This document shows positions 8,401 to 15,459 of a DNA stretch of 64,000 nucleotides, in pieces. Position 1 is the stretch's first letter. Every line of letters begins with the position of its first letter. The notes beneath the pieces were generated by a model, which was given only the letters and a program-made list of their open reading frames with translations, was not told the DNA's origin and searched no databases. The position numbers and the translations under genes were made by a program. Source of the stretch: Calditrichia bacterium (lineage in GTDB: Bacteria > Calditrichota > Calditrichia > RBG-13-44-9 > J075); contig JBOEGD010000010.1 in NCBI GenBank assembly GCA_050633245.1, positions 221,989-285,988 on the forward strand, in the 5' to 3' direction.

Positions 8401-11153
8401 TCGCTTTGCATCGGGATATCATTACCATTGTTCCAACCAAGGTGCGTGCGAGCATAGACTTTCCGTATGTTGTCGGAGCCGGCCAAAATAGAATATTTAT
8501 TAGGAGAAGCATTTACCTGAACTCCATGCAAATTATTAAAGTCGGCAATATCTTCCCATTGAAGTGAATTAGGATTAAAATAATGTGCAGTTATTGAGCC
8601 GTCATTTGTTGAAATACCGCTCCGGTGTCGCAAAATCAGATCTTTACTATTGGTACTATTCCTGTAGCTGGTGGAAAAGGATTCCTTTATCCAATCCTGA
8701 CCAGTCCATCGTAAACCTTGGGCATCCACAATACCATAAATTGAAATCATTGATTCAATAGTACTTACTAGTGAAGCATAAGGAACCGAGCCAATAACAC
8801 TATTGGTCGTAAATCCAGCCTGGGTAAAGTCTTCATCCCATTGGTAAATATAGTCTGTATTATTCTGAGTCACTCCAATGGCAAAAGTTTTACCAGCATA
8901 CCAATCATTGTTATTCTGAGTATGGTTGGGGAGGTTTGGCAGGTCGACAGAATGACGAGTATTTTCTTCGTCAAGATAGTGCATGCGAACAGCCATATCA
9001 TTACCGGGATTTCCGTTTTCATCCCGGTGAGTAATCATCCAATTTAGAATACCGGTATTAAAAAAGTCATCATCATTAGAAGTAACAAGCGGTCCGATAG
9101 GAAGAAAATCGCTCTTATTCCAGCTATCCCCATCCCATTTGATCTCAAAACCATATCCCTGTTCTCGCCCAACCAGAGAAAGAACATTGGAGCCAGCAAC
9201 CACATTGACATTGTTTTGCCAATCTCCCCCCCCCTGAACGCCAAGAGTACAATTCCTGATGGCTTTAGCCCGCCAAGTATGGCTATTAAAAGCACGATGT
9301 ACTAAATGCACGCTCTTCGTTTGGGCGTCGGTAAAGTAATCTTCAATAATACCAAAAAAGTTATTTGAGGTAACCACTGTTCCGCGAAGAATAGAAGTAT
9401 TTTCAAAAAAGTTTGGAAAGCTCGTATTTCCAGAGGAATGATCCCAGGTATTCTTACGCCAGTGTCCAGTCCAAACATAACTCTCTATTACTGCACTATT
9501 ATCCGCTGTATTTCTCCAGGCAACAACTAGATAATCACTACCATAGAAAAGCTCCGGATAGTTATCATATGGGTTTTCTTCGTCCGGCTTTTCAAGAATC
9601 AACTCGCGATCAGATTTCTCAAGCGTAGTCTCTTCATAAGTATACAAAACATCACCGCCAGAGGGCAGGAATATTTGCTCCAATGCACCATAATTGGGAT
9701 GTGCAGTGAGGTAGGTGAAGTTCAATCCCGGGAGGGACATGCCGTCGGGGTTTTGATGAGTAATAGAACTGAGCAAGCGCTTGGTTAAGTCGCCCTGCCC
9801 CATAAAGTTATAGTCAAACTCAATAGTAAAAAGGGTAGACGCTTCCGGACTCAACACCTCTATCTGATCAAGATATCGTGTCTCATAACGTTCCTGGTAA
9901 GCATCCGGTTCAGGCTGTTCGGCATGTGGATCCTGATATTCTTCGGATAGCTTTTCAGCATAGGTAAACTCCACAGAACGGCCATTCGAATCCACAATTT
10001 TCTTCAAATAACTCGCAACTGTGTGGTTAGTGGTGCCTGAAACGTTTGTCGTGTAAGTAAAGTCTGCATCTGACAATGCACTGATTTTTTTTATCTTGCG
10101 CATTTTGGTAGGAGGTCCTGATACGATAGAAACAAAATAATCTTTATTGGCGTACCCTGTGAAGGCACTATTTACCGGATAGTCGTTTTGATCAGAATAA
10201 ACAGTATGTACAACAGGCCCAGATGAGGAGTTTTTACGGACGATAATGGACTCATCATTATTCAGCGTACCGCTGATTCCAACCTGTTGGGTATTAAAAA
10301 TACTGAAGTCATCTTCTTCGCCTAAACGAATATAGGTGTTGGCTGCACCAAAATTATAGCCAACCGGTTCCTCTAATGCTTCGTATTCGTAAGTAACCTC
10401 ATCACCCCAGAGGTTTACAGATCTGGACTGATTCCATGCTGCTACAAACTGCTGCTGCCCGGCGGTTTCTGAACTTTCTCCAATCCAGTTTCCCCATTTT
10501 ACACCATACTGCAGGGTATTGCGTCCGGTCTCCTCACCGTATTCGACGATGGAGCCGTCTCCCTTTGTTACTTCCCATTTTTCTATGGAGGGGAAATACA
10601 GGATTTTCCAATTGTTGTAGGCTTTGGTTTCATAACGCAACGCAGTACCTTCAGAGCCATTGCGAATAAGCTCGACGCCTTCATGGTAGAACACATCATC
10701 GTGGCGGGTTCCAGTGCCTTTATGATCCCGGGTAATAGCAGAAAAGCCAAAGTTCCAACCAAGCCCCAAAACACCGGTTGGTGCTTCTACGTTCCACGTG
10801 TCAACTGTTCCATGTACATTGCTTGAGTATTCGATATTAACGCTCACATCCAAGCCACGTTTACCCGGTATATTGATTAGCGATATTGGCAGGTTGATAT
10901 CACCTGTGGCGAGTTGAAGGCTACTGGCGGTTGCTCCAATGCCGCCGCCACTTGCAAACGTTGCAATCGGGGGAATAGTATAGTCAACATCTCCAGAGCT
11001 ATTTGAAGATGAGCCTTGATGCCCAAGAGCTTCCGAAACGCTCTGCGTTGAAGACGCATCTACCTGACCCTGCGCGTAGACTATTTCAAGTGTGAATGAG
11101 ACTGCTACCAATAAAACACAAATATATAATTTCGGGCTTCCCGTCAATTGCAT
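2403..11153 (-). CDS. Giant RHS/YD-repeat polymorphic toxin (signal peptide, SpvB/TcB-like N-terminus, RHS core, C-terminal toxin tip)
   Basis: RHS core KDHLGSNRV..YDYAAFG..YQFTGQELD..LYNYRARLYDAELGRF..DP..SPYSYVGSNPTNRTDPSG; N-terminal IPGKRGLDVSVNIEYSS..GVLGLGW; ATG at 11153 with AGGGAG RBS (ORF is open to 11183). Confidence 0.92.
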   Translation of the reverse strand: MQLTGSPKLYICVLLVAVSFTLEIVYAQGQVDASSTQSVSEALGHQGSSSNSSGDVDYTIPPIATFASGGGIGATASSLQLATGDINLPISLINIPGKRGLDVSVNIEYSSNVHGTVDTWNVEAPTGVLGLGWNFGFSAITRDHKGTGTRHDDVFYHEGVELIRNGSEGTALRYETKAYNNWKILYFPSIEKWEVTKGDGSIVEYGEETGRNTLQYGVKWGNWIGESSETAGQQQFVAAWNQSRSVNLWGDEVTYEYEALEEPVGYNFGAANTYIRLGEEDDFSIFNTQQVGISGTLNNDESIIVRKNSSSGPVVHTVYSDQNDYPVNSAFTGYANKDYFVSIVSGPPTKMRKIKKISALSDADFTYTTNVSGTTNHTVASYLKKIVDSNGRSVEFTYAEKLSEEYQDPHAEQPEPDAYQERYETRYLDQIEVLSPEASTLFTIEFDYNFMGQGDLTKRLLSSITHQNPDGMSLPGLNFTYLTAHPNYGALEQIFLPSGGDVLYTYEETTLEKSDRELILEKPDEENPYDNYPELFYGSDYLVVAWRNTADNSAVIESYVWTGHWRKNTWDHSSGNTSFPNFFENTSILRGTVVTSNNFFGIIEDYFTDAQTKSVHLVHRAFNSHTWRAKAIRNCTLGVQGGGDWQNNVNVVAGSNVLSLVGREQGYGFEIKWDGDSWNKSDFLPIGPLVTSNDDDFFNTGILNWMITHRDENGNPGNDMAVRMHYLDEENTRHSVDLPNLPNHTQNNNDWYAGKTFAIGVTQNNTDYIYQWDEDFTQAGFTTNSVIGSVPYASLVSTIESMISIYGIVDAQGLRWTGQDWIKESFSTSYRNSTNSKDLILRHRSGISTNDGSITAHYFNPNSLQWEDIADFNNLHGVQVNASPNKYSILAGSDNIRKVYARTHLGWNNGNDIPMQSEDIGLYVGNNFYVYADVDPVSNISTGAKVSFFKNGQWQPEITVGQEGTTLVRGNILVHRRVNATSENYVLYHLVNGAAEGDQIDYPVTAITVNDGFASTSTYYDYNEAHATIDRSSSIAQYNEVTILPANQSGSFGKTVYYFHSNLANSEVAKPYIGGNTSINSVGRPYIVERHKEGETSPIAITTYKYLLTYNNVGGKGQSGHFHPTRITEEEDGVESVIIFEYNIRNQLERRTVSNFNSQGVEDTYEDVFIYSWSGYTDLETANIIDPVITNRTKVNGTLTSSTATTWQVQSNGVWSPHKNYSWDATPNTSAIFDFDLWSNAGEPGSEWLKLSEVESINSAGFVVETSSIKNGLGKIYSNTKYSDRFPVASFSNARASETSYNGFESGVSEDGWTDEYGDISDISHTGSHSWQIQGHLNDYYIARTFLVADLDDLNGKYAFGAWVKSTSSETNIDLKYNYNGGQHSHNVYHSGSGEWEYLYTLCDLTEYSEALISITALVRNTTDQVDAYFDDLWVGPIDASFGAVVFDRQYDIPIATIGQHGNKSKLVYDKLHRLIGGVGSDNVPNGSQLSSGSLERNATFQTSDPNLLLKTSVRGTEGTYIDFTNALLDWSIIENANSAASTWQVVDQELHHSNDGGGVIGTPDLLIKELHSALTGRVGIELTLTLPDATSGQNFGIALGGTDWDYTQSGAGNAVWSVFNSSDWVTIDNSSPNTVHDEFTLGYSYRLQVIVDLDNQLSDFYVNGVPCLQDVALPATANEIKKLVLFNEGSGAATDWKIDDLFVYTNPSHSIVYSDGLSKARQVQYEVETGIYLAETLYDELNRPFVQTKIAESVGAWFGYRSGFVIDPFDAVGGLMNGEVNTAYPDDQNRPYYRTVYEASPFSPAIEQGMPGATFALGGGHTASIEFGANEQDGFLDNLPDNEYFKTVVTDPQGIQTTYVEDKVGQVIGVKTSSTETTYEYDDKGNAIRIYPPNYYQPPGGAIADDYIVDLTYDHRGLLTSSSSSDDGVTDYIYDQLGQVRFSRHAEGALPDPDLISYWKYDDFGRVVEEGYLEDDEIIWGTSLQNKADTDPTYPPTPIKWRMKYFYDGDGSDPTLLNRLEYTQSNNDIDIAAEIEERYAYNADGEVLNKSLEVLDFEATSYATNYTYDNAGFITQINFYSDNLNVDNQTLSGTATHEAGDSLNSTNTTVASGSDITFTAGQGVVLRDGFIAENGATFVASATGGNASGIVTYSYNRLGQPVSVGIPGDDDFYASYSYNALGQMTSESIHPENGSTVTTSYDYNPVGWMTDMHTPGYFREQLDFTSNGYLGTGYYNGDIARLSYSYLWSNSLGNIPPPTNYDVEFQYDDLQRLQVANFVEAQAKFGPQTPLDDYDIGIGAGNEISYDHNGNILSLKRGSVFRNYTYEDGTNRVINTNGTAALDYQYDANGNMNASTPKNISSIYYDPHLQLTRSINMTGSNAGVLDFQYSDAGERLLKSFLPSGSSTTASTMYQPGLSGNILVERDKDGTVAGEARTYIYGPTGLLAFSEDGETFFPLKDHLGSNRVLVNENGLVVGSYDYAAFGEVMRSTETQPLSYQFTGQELDSESDLYNYRARLYDAELGRFYAMDPALEYSSPYSYVGSNPTNRTDPSGMMSQNWGDIYFPYSPFGDYSYGGYYHGYGAHTLSSGESTASESSSSNDWGFECGTDFGCRGWGYPKLPIGRWIDDNATSIWRTAIGNAPDIGRIRPAVSAIVSSIDVASVWESGPTTFTTGSNWWSAGTGAVAPITEAVTSTGLWRMATLPFNAEGLAARLEDASEWVIFNTPVGMFWSVWTPEGRNWHKRYAMNLGYAALDGFATTLEGMPEWGEKEWFYAGGYLTTSIAVTIFTRGKGLRFGPKNQKLPGRFADGTFSKVNFKELRKMVEEWDKGTFESPVRSLRYHINKHAKDKSNPLQYMNQAREFFNSNRKAEKVVRSDGTDRWKTGKGQFIIKKGGKSEGKIVSFGWNYDLFYED

Positions 11154-11230
11154 CGCTTTCTCCCTATAATTAAGCCTGGACACAAGCCATTACTTTCCAA
11201 TGTTCATATCGCTTGTCAAAAACACCTGAT

Positions 11231-12034
11231 TTACTTCGAACGAAGCTCGAGGATTTGCTCTTGTAAATCAGCATTCTTTTTTTCGAGTTGAATCATATAG
11301 AGCGTTAGCTCCTCAACCTTTTGGAGCAGAAGAGTTTGCATTTCAGATACACCGACACCGTTTTGCTGCATCTCAGCTGCCGGGGAAACACCGGGAAGAT
11401 GCTTCTTCTCTTTGATATGAGATTCGACCTCATCAAGCGGCATCAACTCATAATTTTCTTCAAAAACAAAGTCTGCACCCGAGCTTTCTACCCGCACTTC
11501 AGTTGCCCGAACTGTGCCGTCTACATCCAGCTTATAGGCTGGTGTCGCAAGCCCAATACCGACATTTCCTTCCTTAACAATCCTCATGGCTTCAGTTGGA
11601 GGAAGCGTGCTATTATTTGCACCAACATAAAATGCCAAATCCCGTGAATCTGCATCCCAAGTTCCTTGAATAGCCTTAATTGCAGCGCGAATATTTACGT
11701 TATTCGTCCCAATGGCATTTCCAAAAAGAAGCTCACTGGCAACACCATCTTCGCCGGTTGGTGAATCGCCGGCTATAATTATGGCTGAGGTTGCATTTGG
11801 TGTCTGAACATGAAGAAGTGCTTGGGGGACACTCGTTCCTAATCCAAGACTTGCGTCGAAGGGACTTAAATAGATGTGATTGGTACCATATTGAATCGTC
11901 GGTTGAGCAAATAATCCTGGAGAAACAGTCACGACCAACCACATAAGGAGAAACAGCGCTATCCTTTTCGGAGGCGTTATCGTCGACGTTGTAAGTAAAA
12001 GACCGCATTTTACGTTGCGAATGTTGGTTTTCAT
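11231..12034 (-). CDS. Secreted tail-fibre-like protein (GNVGIG repeat plus S74-chaperone-like coiled-coil C-terminus)
   Basis: GNVGIGLATPAYKLDVDG, ADFVFEENYELMPLDEVESHIKEKKHLPGV..LLQKVEELTLYMI; signal-peptide-like segment ending LFAQ; AAGGAG RBS. Confidence 0.8.
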   Translation of the reverse strand: MKTNIRNVKCGLLLTTSTITPPKRIALFLLMWLVVTVSPGLFAQPTIQYGTNHIYLSPFDASLGLGTSVPQALLHVQTPNATSAIIIAGDSPTGEDGVASELLFGNAIGTNNVNIRAAIKAIQGTWDADSRDLAFYVGANNSTLPPTEAMRIVKEGNVGIGLATPAYKLDVDGTVRATEVRVESSGADFVFEENYELMPLDEVESHIKEKKHLPGVSPAAEMQQNGVGVSEMQTLLLQKVEELTLYMIQLEKKNADLQEQILELRSK

Positions 12035-12082
12035 GTTTAGCTCCTTTTTGGGAAAGTTCTATTTATTCATACGTTCTTAGAA

Positions 12083-12099
12083 AACAAACTCAATGCCAA
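12083..12099 (-). promoter_or_regulatory. Putative sigma54 (-24/-12) promoter of the fibre-RHS operon
   Basis: Minus strand reads TTGGCATTGAGTTTGTT (TGGCA-N6-TTGT, one mismatch at the -12 GC), ~50 bp upstream of the ATG at 12034. Confidence 0.55.
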
Positions 12100-12146
12100 A
12101 CACCTAAGCATTTATTTTTAATTGACTTAAACAGCACACACAAACA

Positions 12147-12313
12147 CCTGCTGCAAGAATTCCTTGCAGCAGGACTTCATTAAAGTTTCTGCAGCTGCGA
12201 TTTCATGAGGTTTATGAGACGCAAGGTTTTCTTGCGTTCAATTACCTGATACCAACTCAAGCTCAATAAAAACAATTAACTACAGGTGCAATACATTCTT
12301 GCACCTGTAGTTA
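12147..12313. promoter_or_regulatory. Three palindromes with core GCAA-N7-TTGC (candidate enhancer sites); the third may also terminate gspE
   Basis: CCTGCTGCAAG-aattc-CTTGCAGCAGG (12147-12173), ACGCAAG-gtttt-CTTGCGT (12219-12237), TAACTACAGGTGCAA-tacattc-TTGCACCTGTAGTTA (12277-12313). Confidence 0.6.
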
Positions 12314-12360
12314 GAACCCGAAAGTTAGAGAGATAATCAAAGAGAGGTGTAGAGGTTATA

Positions 12361-13845
12361 CTAAACCGTCTCGGTCAGCACTTCTTCCAAAGTAGTAATT
12401 CCAGCTGCGACATGCCGCAGACCAGACTGACGCAGATTTACAGAATTTTGCTCGCGCAAAGTATTGCGCAACTCGGTAAGACCGCCACCATTAAGAATAA
12501 GATCACCAAGTGCCTCTGTCATAATGAATGGTTCAAATATCGCAATACGACCACTATAGCCGGTGTGGTAACAAGAATTGCATCCCCGACCGCGAAAAAG
12601 TGTAATACCAGATGGCAAAGAAGAGAGGAGTGAAGCACTCAAAGCCGATTTAGCTGCAAAATCTGGTTCACGGCAAGCAGAACAAATTTTACGCACCAAC
12701 CGCTGAGCCAATATCATCCGTACTGCTCCTGCTACCAGAAACGGCTCAATGCCCATATCAATAAGCCTGACAATAGTGCTGGCAGCGTCATTGGTGTGAA
12801 GCGTGCTCAATACCAAATGGCCGGTAAGAGCAGAACGCACGGCAATCTCCGCTGTTTCAGCATCACGGATTTCACCAAGCATAATGATATTTGGGTCCTG
12901 CCTTAGCACTGAACGCAGCACTGATGCGAACGTCAATCCTATATCCGCTCGCACCATGGTCTGATTGACACCCTGAAGGTTGTACTCAATTGGATCTTCA
13001 ATCGTAATAATATTAGATTCTGTGCGATTTAAATAGTTTAGCGCGGAATAAAGCGTCGTGGTCTTTCCACTGCCAGTCGGTCCGGTAACCAGAATCATTC
13101 CATGCGGCATTTTTAGAATTTGCTGAAGTTCATTTAGCAACGCCGACTGCATTTGCAAACTTTCCAAGGATAAATTGAGAGCGGATTTATCCAGAATACG
13201 CATGACTACCTTTTCTCCAAAGTCCGTTGGCAAAGTAGAGACCCGAATATCAACAGCTCTTGGGCCTGCTTCAAAACGAATTCTACCATCCTGCGGGCGA
13301 CGCTTCTCGGCAATATCCAATCCGGACATAATTTTAAGCCGTGAAATAACCGACTGCGGGCGACAATCGGGGTTATCAAATTCTACGAGTTTGCCGTCTA
13401 AACGAAGGCGAATACGGAATACCTCTTCATCGATTTCTACATGGATATCGCTTGCTCCAGCTTCTATGGCACTACGAATTAGCCAATCCACATATGATAC
13501 TACATCGCCATGTTCAGGCTGCTTTTGATAATTGCCCTTACTACGTGCGATATTGAACTGTTTATCTCGCGAGGGAGGCCTATTGGCCTGATAGGCATGG
13601 TTTAAAGCTACTTCAATCTCACTTACCGAATATTTGCTAAAATCTATCTGACAACCAGTCAAAAACCGCAGTTCAGCTCTTTCATTCAATTCCGGAGGCT
13701 GCTCACATGCGAGATGCAGCTTTTTTTCAAGCCATTTTATTGGAACAACGCGATAATATCGTGCCTGCTTTTCAGAAAGTAAGCCAACCACATCGCTCTC
13801 TATTCGGATTTCGCTATCGCTTTTAAGAATCTTGTTTGAATTCAC
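12361..13845 (-). CDS. gspE: GspE/PilB family secretion/pilus assembly ATPase
   Basis: ASDIH, LDIAEKRRPQDGR, Walker A GPTGSGKT, TIEDPIE, LRQDPNIIMLGEIRD, TGHLVLSTLH, tetracysteine motif; probable GTG start at 13845. Confidence 0.93.
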   Translation of the reverse strand: MNSNKILKSDSEIRIESDVVGLLSEKQARYYRVVPIKWLEKKLHLACEQPPELNERAELRFLTGCQIDFSKYSVSEIEVALNHAYQANRPPSRDKQFNIARSKGNYQKQPEHGDVVSYVDWLIRSAIEAGASDIHVEIDEEVFRIRLRLDGKLVEFDNPDCRPQSVISRLKIMSGLDIAEKRRPQDGRIRFEAGPRAVDIRVSTLPTDFGEKVVMRILDKSALNLSLESLQMQSALLNELQQILKMPHGMILVTGPTGSGKTTTLYSALNYLNRTESNIITIEDPIEYNLQGVNQTMVRADIGLTFASVLRSVLRQDPNIIMLGEIRDAETAEIAVRSALTGHLVLSTLHTNDAASTIVRLIDMGIEPFLVAGAVRMILAQRLVRKICSACREPDFAAKSALSASLLSSLPSGITLFRGRGCNSCYHTGYSGRIAIFEPFIMTEALGDLILNGGGLTELRNTLREQNSVNLRQSGLRHVAAGITTLEEVLTETV

Positions 13846-13865
13846 GTCACAACCTTTCAGCAAAT

Positions 13866-14279
13866 CTAATCAGCAATAGTTTGTCGAACAGCGCCGGTCT
13901 GATCTACCTGCCATACATTAAACACGCCATCCTTATCAAAATCTACCACCGCGACAGCCCGCGCCACATATCCCTGTGGACCGGCATTTTCAATCTCGAT
14001 ACGGTAACGTGCTTCTCCCTGATTTTCGAGAGTTGCCTGCTGCTCGAAACCAATATCTGCAAGCCGGACTGAATAGCGATCATGCTGATAATAGAAGGTT
14101 TCCTGCAAAGTATGTAGATGCTTAAGCATCAGCTTTGCTTCGGTTGTCTTTGCTTGCGTTATCACTGCTGTGAACTTTGGGAGAGCCAATAAAACCAGAA
14201 TACCGATAATAACGATCACGACAAGAATTTCGGTTAAGGAAAAGCCCTCTTCTGATTTGATAAAAATTGCTTTTTTCAT
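13866..14279 (-). CDS. Major pseudopilin / type IV pilin (GspG-like)
   Basis: Class III signal EEG|FSLTEILVVIVIIGILVLLALPKF; GGGAGG RBS before MKKAIF. Confidence 0.88.
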   Translation of the reverse strand: MKKAIFIKSEEGFSLTEILVVIVIIGILVLLALPKFTAVITQAKTTEAKLMLKHLHTLQETFYYQHDRYSVRLADIGFEQQATLENQGEARYRIEIENAGPQGYVARAVAVVDFDKDGVFNVWQVDQTGAVRQTIAD

Positions 14280-14310
14280 TTTTTCCTCCCTACCAAATAG
14301 TTCAAAGTTG

Positions 14311-14328
14311 CGTGGGTCACGACCCACG
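14311..14328. repeat. REP-like palindrome family A (CGTGGGTC-NN-GACCCACG)
   Basis: Further copies at 35076-35093 and 39251-39268. Confidence 0.7.
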
Positions 14329-14362
14329 GTACATTACTGGTTCAGATTTCTGTATTCTGTGT

Positions 14363-15448
14363 TCAGGGCATAATCGCCGCCATGTTAAATAAGGGCAGAT
14401 AAATTGAAATCAGAATCGCACCGATTGCTGCCCCAAGAAAAAGTATCATTACCGGTTCTATGAGCGTCGACATCAGGGCAATAGCACGATCCAATTCATC
14501 ACTTGAGACCGAGGCAATCTTTAGCAACATTTCCGGCAGTTCAGCTGTTTCCTCGCCTACCGTAATCATTTGCGCCACCATTGGAGGAAAAATAACCGAG
14601 TTGTCCAAAGATACCGCCAGCTCATCTCCGCGCCGCACCGAAAGAAGCATCTTGCTCACCTCACCCTGAAATTCACTATTTGGCGTAATGTCCCTGGCGA
14701 TACCTAATGCCTCATGCAGTGCAATTCCACTGGAAAGCAGCGTACCCAGTGTTCGGCAAAACCTTGCCAGATAGTTTAAGCGAACGAGTCTTCCCCAAAA
14801 GGGCAAATGAATAGCAAGCCGATCACAAAAATTGCGAAGGGCAGTAGAATGGCGAAAAATCCAGAGCAGTCCGATCCCTGACAGCATCATTAGCAACAGC
14901 CCTCCCAAATATGCTTGCAGCCATTCACTCAGATTCATTACATTTCTGGTTAGCCAGGGTAACTCTGCATCAAATTCACGAAAGAGCCCTTCAAAAGTGG
15001 GAAGCACAAAAAGCAGAATAAATGAAAGCGCCGTAATTGCAACGAGCACAACCAGAGATGGATAGGATAAAGCTTGCACCAACTTTCGCTTCAATCCGGC
15101 GATCTTTTCCTGATACTCCGAAATCCGGAGCAACATACTCGATAACTGGCCGGTCGCTTCTCCAACCTCAACAAGATTCAGATAAAATCCATTAAACAGG
15201 TTCGGATAATATGTTAACGTATCAACCAGACTATCTCCGGATCTTAAACCGTTCAGTATTTCATTCAGAATATTTCGAAATTCTTTATGATCACACTGCT
15301 TTGTCAACAACTCAAGGCTGTCTACCAGATGGAGTCCCGCACCAAGCAAAATTGCCAAATCCCTGCTAAATGCCCGTTGGATTTTTGCCGGAATCCGACG
15401 ATGATTGCGCGACTCAACATGCGTCTCTTTCTCAATTACCACAGACAC
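14363..15448 (-). CDS. gspF: GspF/PilC inner-membrane platform protein
   Basis: FSRDLAILLGAG, VEVGEATGQL, ALSYP, FCRTLGTLLSSGI, FPPMVAQMITVGEETAEL, LIEP..IYLPLF. Confidence 0.92.
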   Translation of the reverse strand: MSVVIEKETHVESRNHRRIPAKIQRAFSRDLAILLGAGLHLVDSLELLTKQCDHKEFRNILNEILNGLRSGDSLVDTLTYYPNLFNGFYLNLVEVGEATGQLSSMLLRISEYQEKIAGLKRKLVQALSYPSLVVLVAITALSFILLFVLPTFEGLFREFDAELPWLTRNVMNLSEWLQAYLGGLLLMMLSGIGLLWIFRHSTALRNFCDRLAIHLPFWGRLVRLNYLARFCRTLGTLLSSGIALHEALGIARDITPNSEFQGEVSKMLLSVRRGDELAVSLDNSVIFPPMVAQMITVGEETAELPEMLLKIASVSSDELDRAIALMSTLIEPVMILFLGAAIGAILISIYLPLFNMAAIMP

Positions 15449-15459
15449 ATTCCCCCTTT

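Noticed and set aside
11231-12034. Prophage or contractile injection system
   Set aside because: No capsid, terminase, sheath, tube or baseplate genes, and the protein has a signal peptide
12147-12313. CRISPR-like periodicity (~67 bp) of palindromes
   Set aside because: Only three units, the arms are not identical direct repeats, and no cas genes are present
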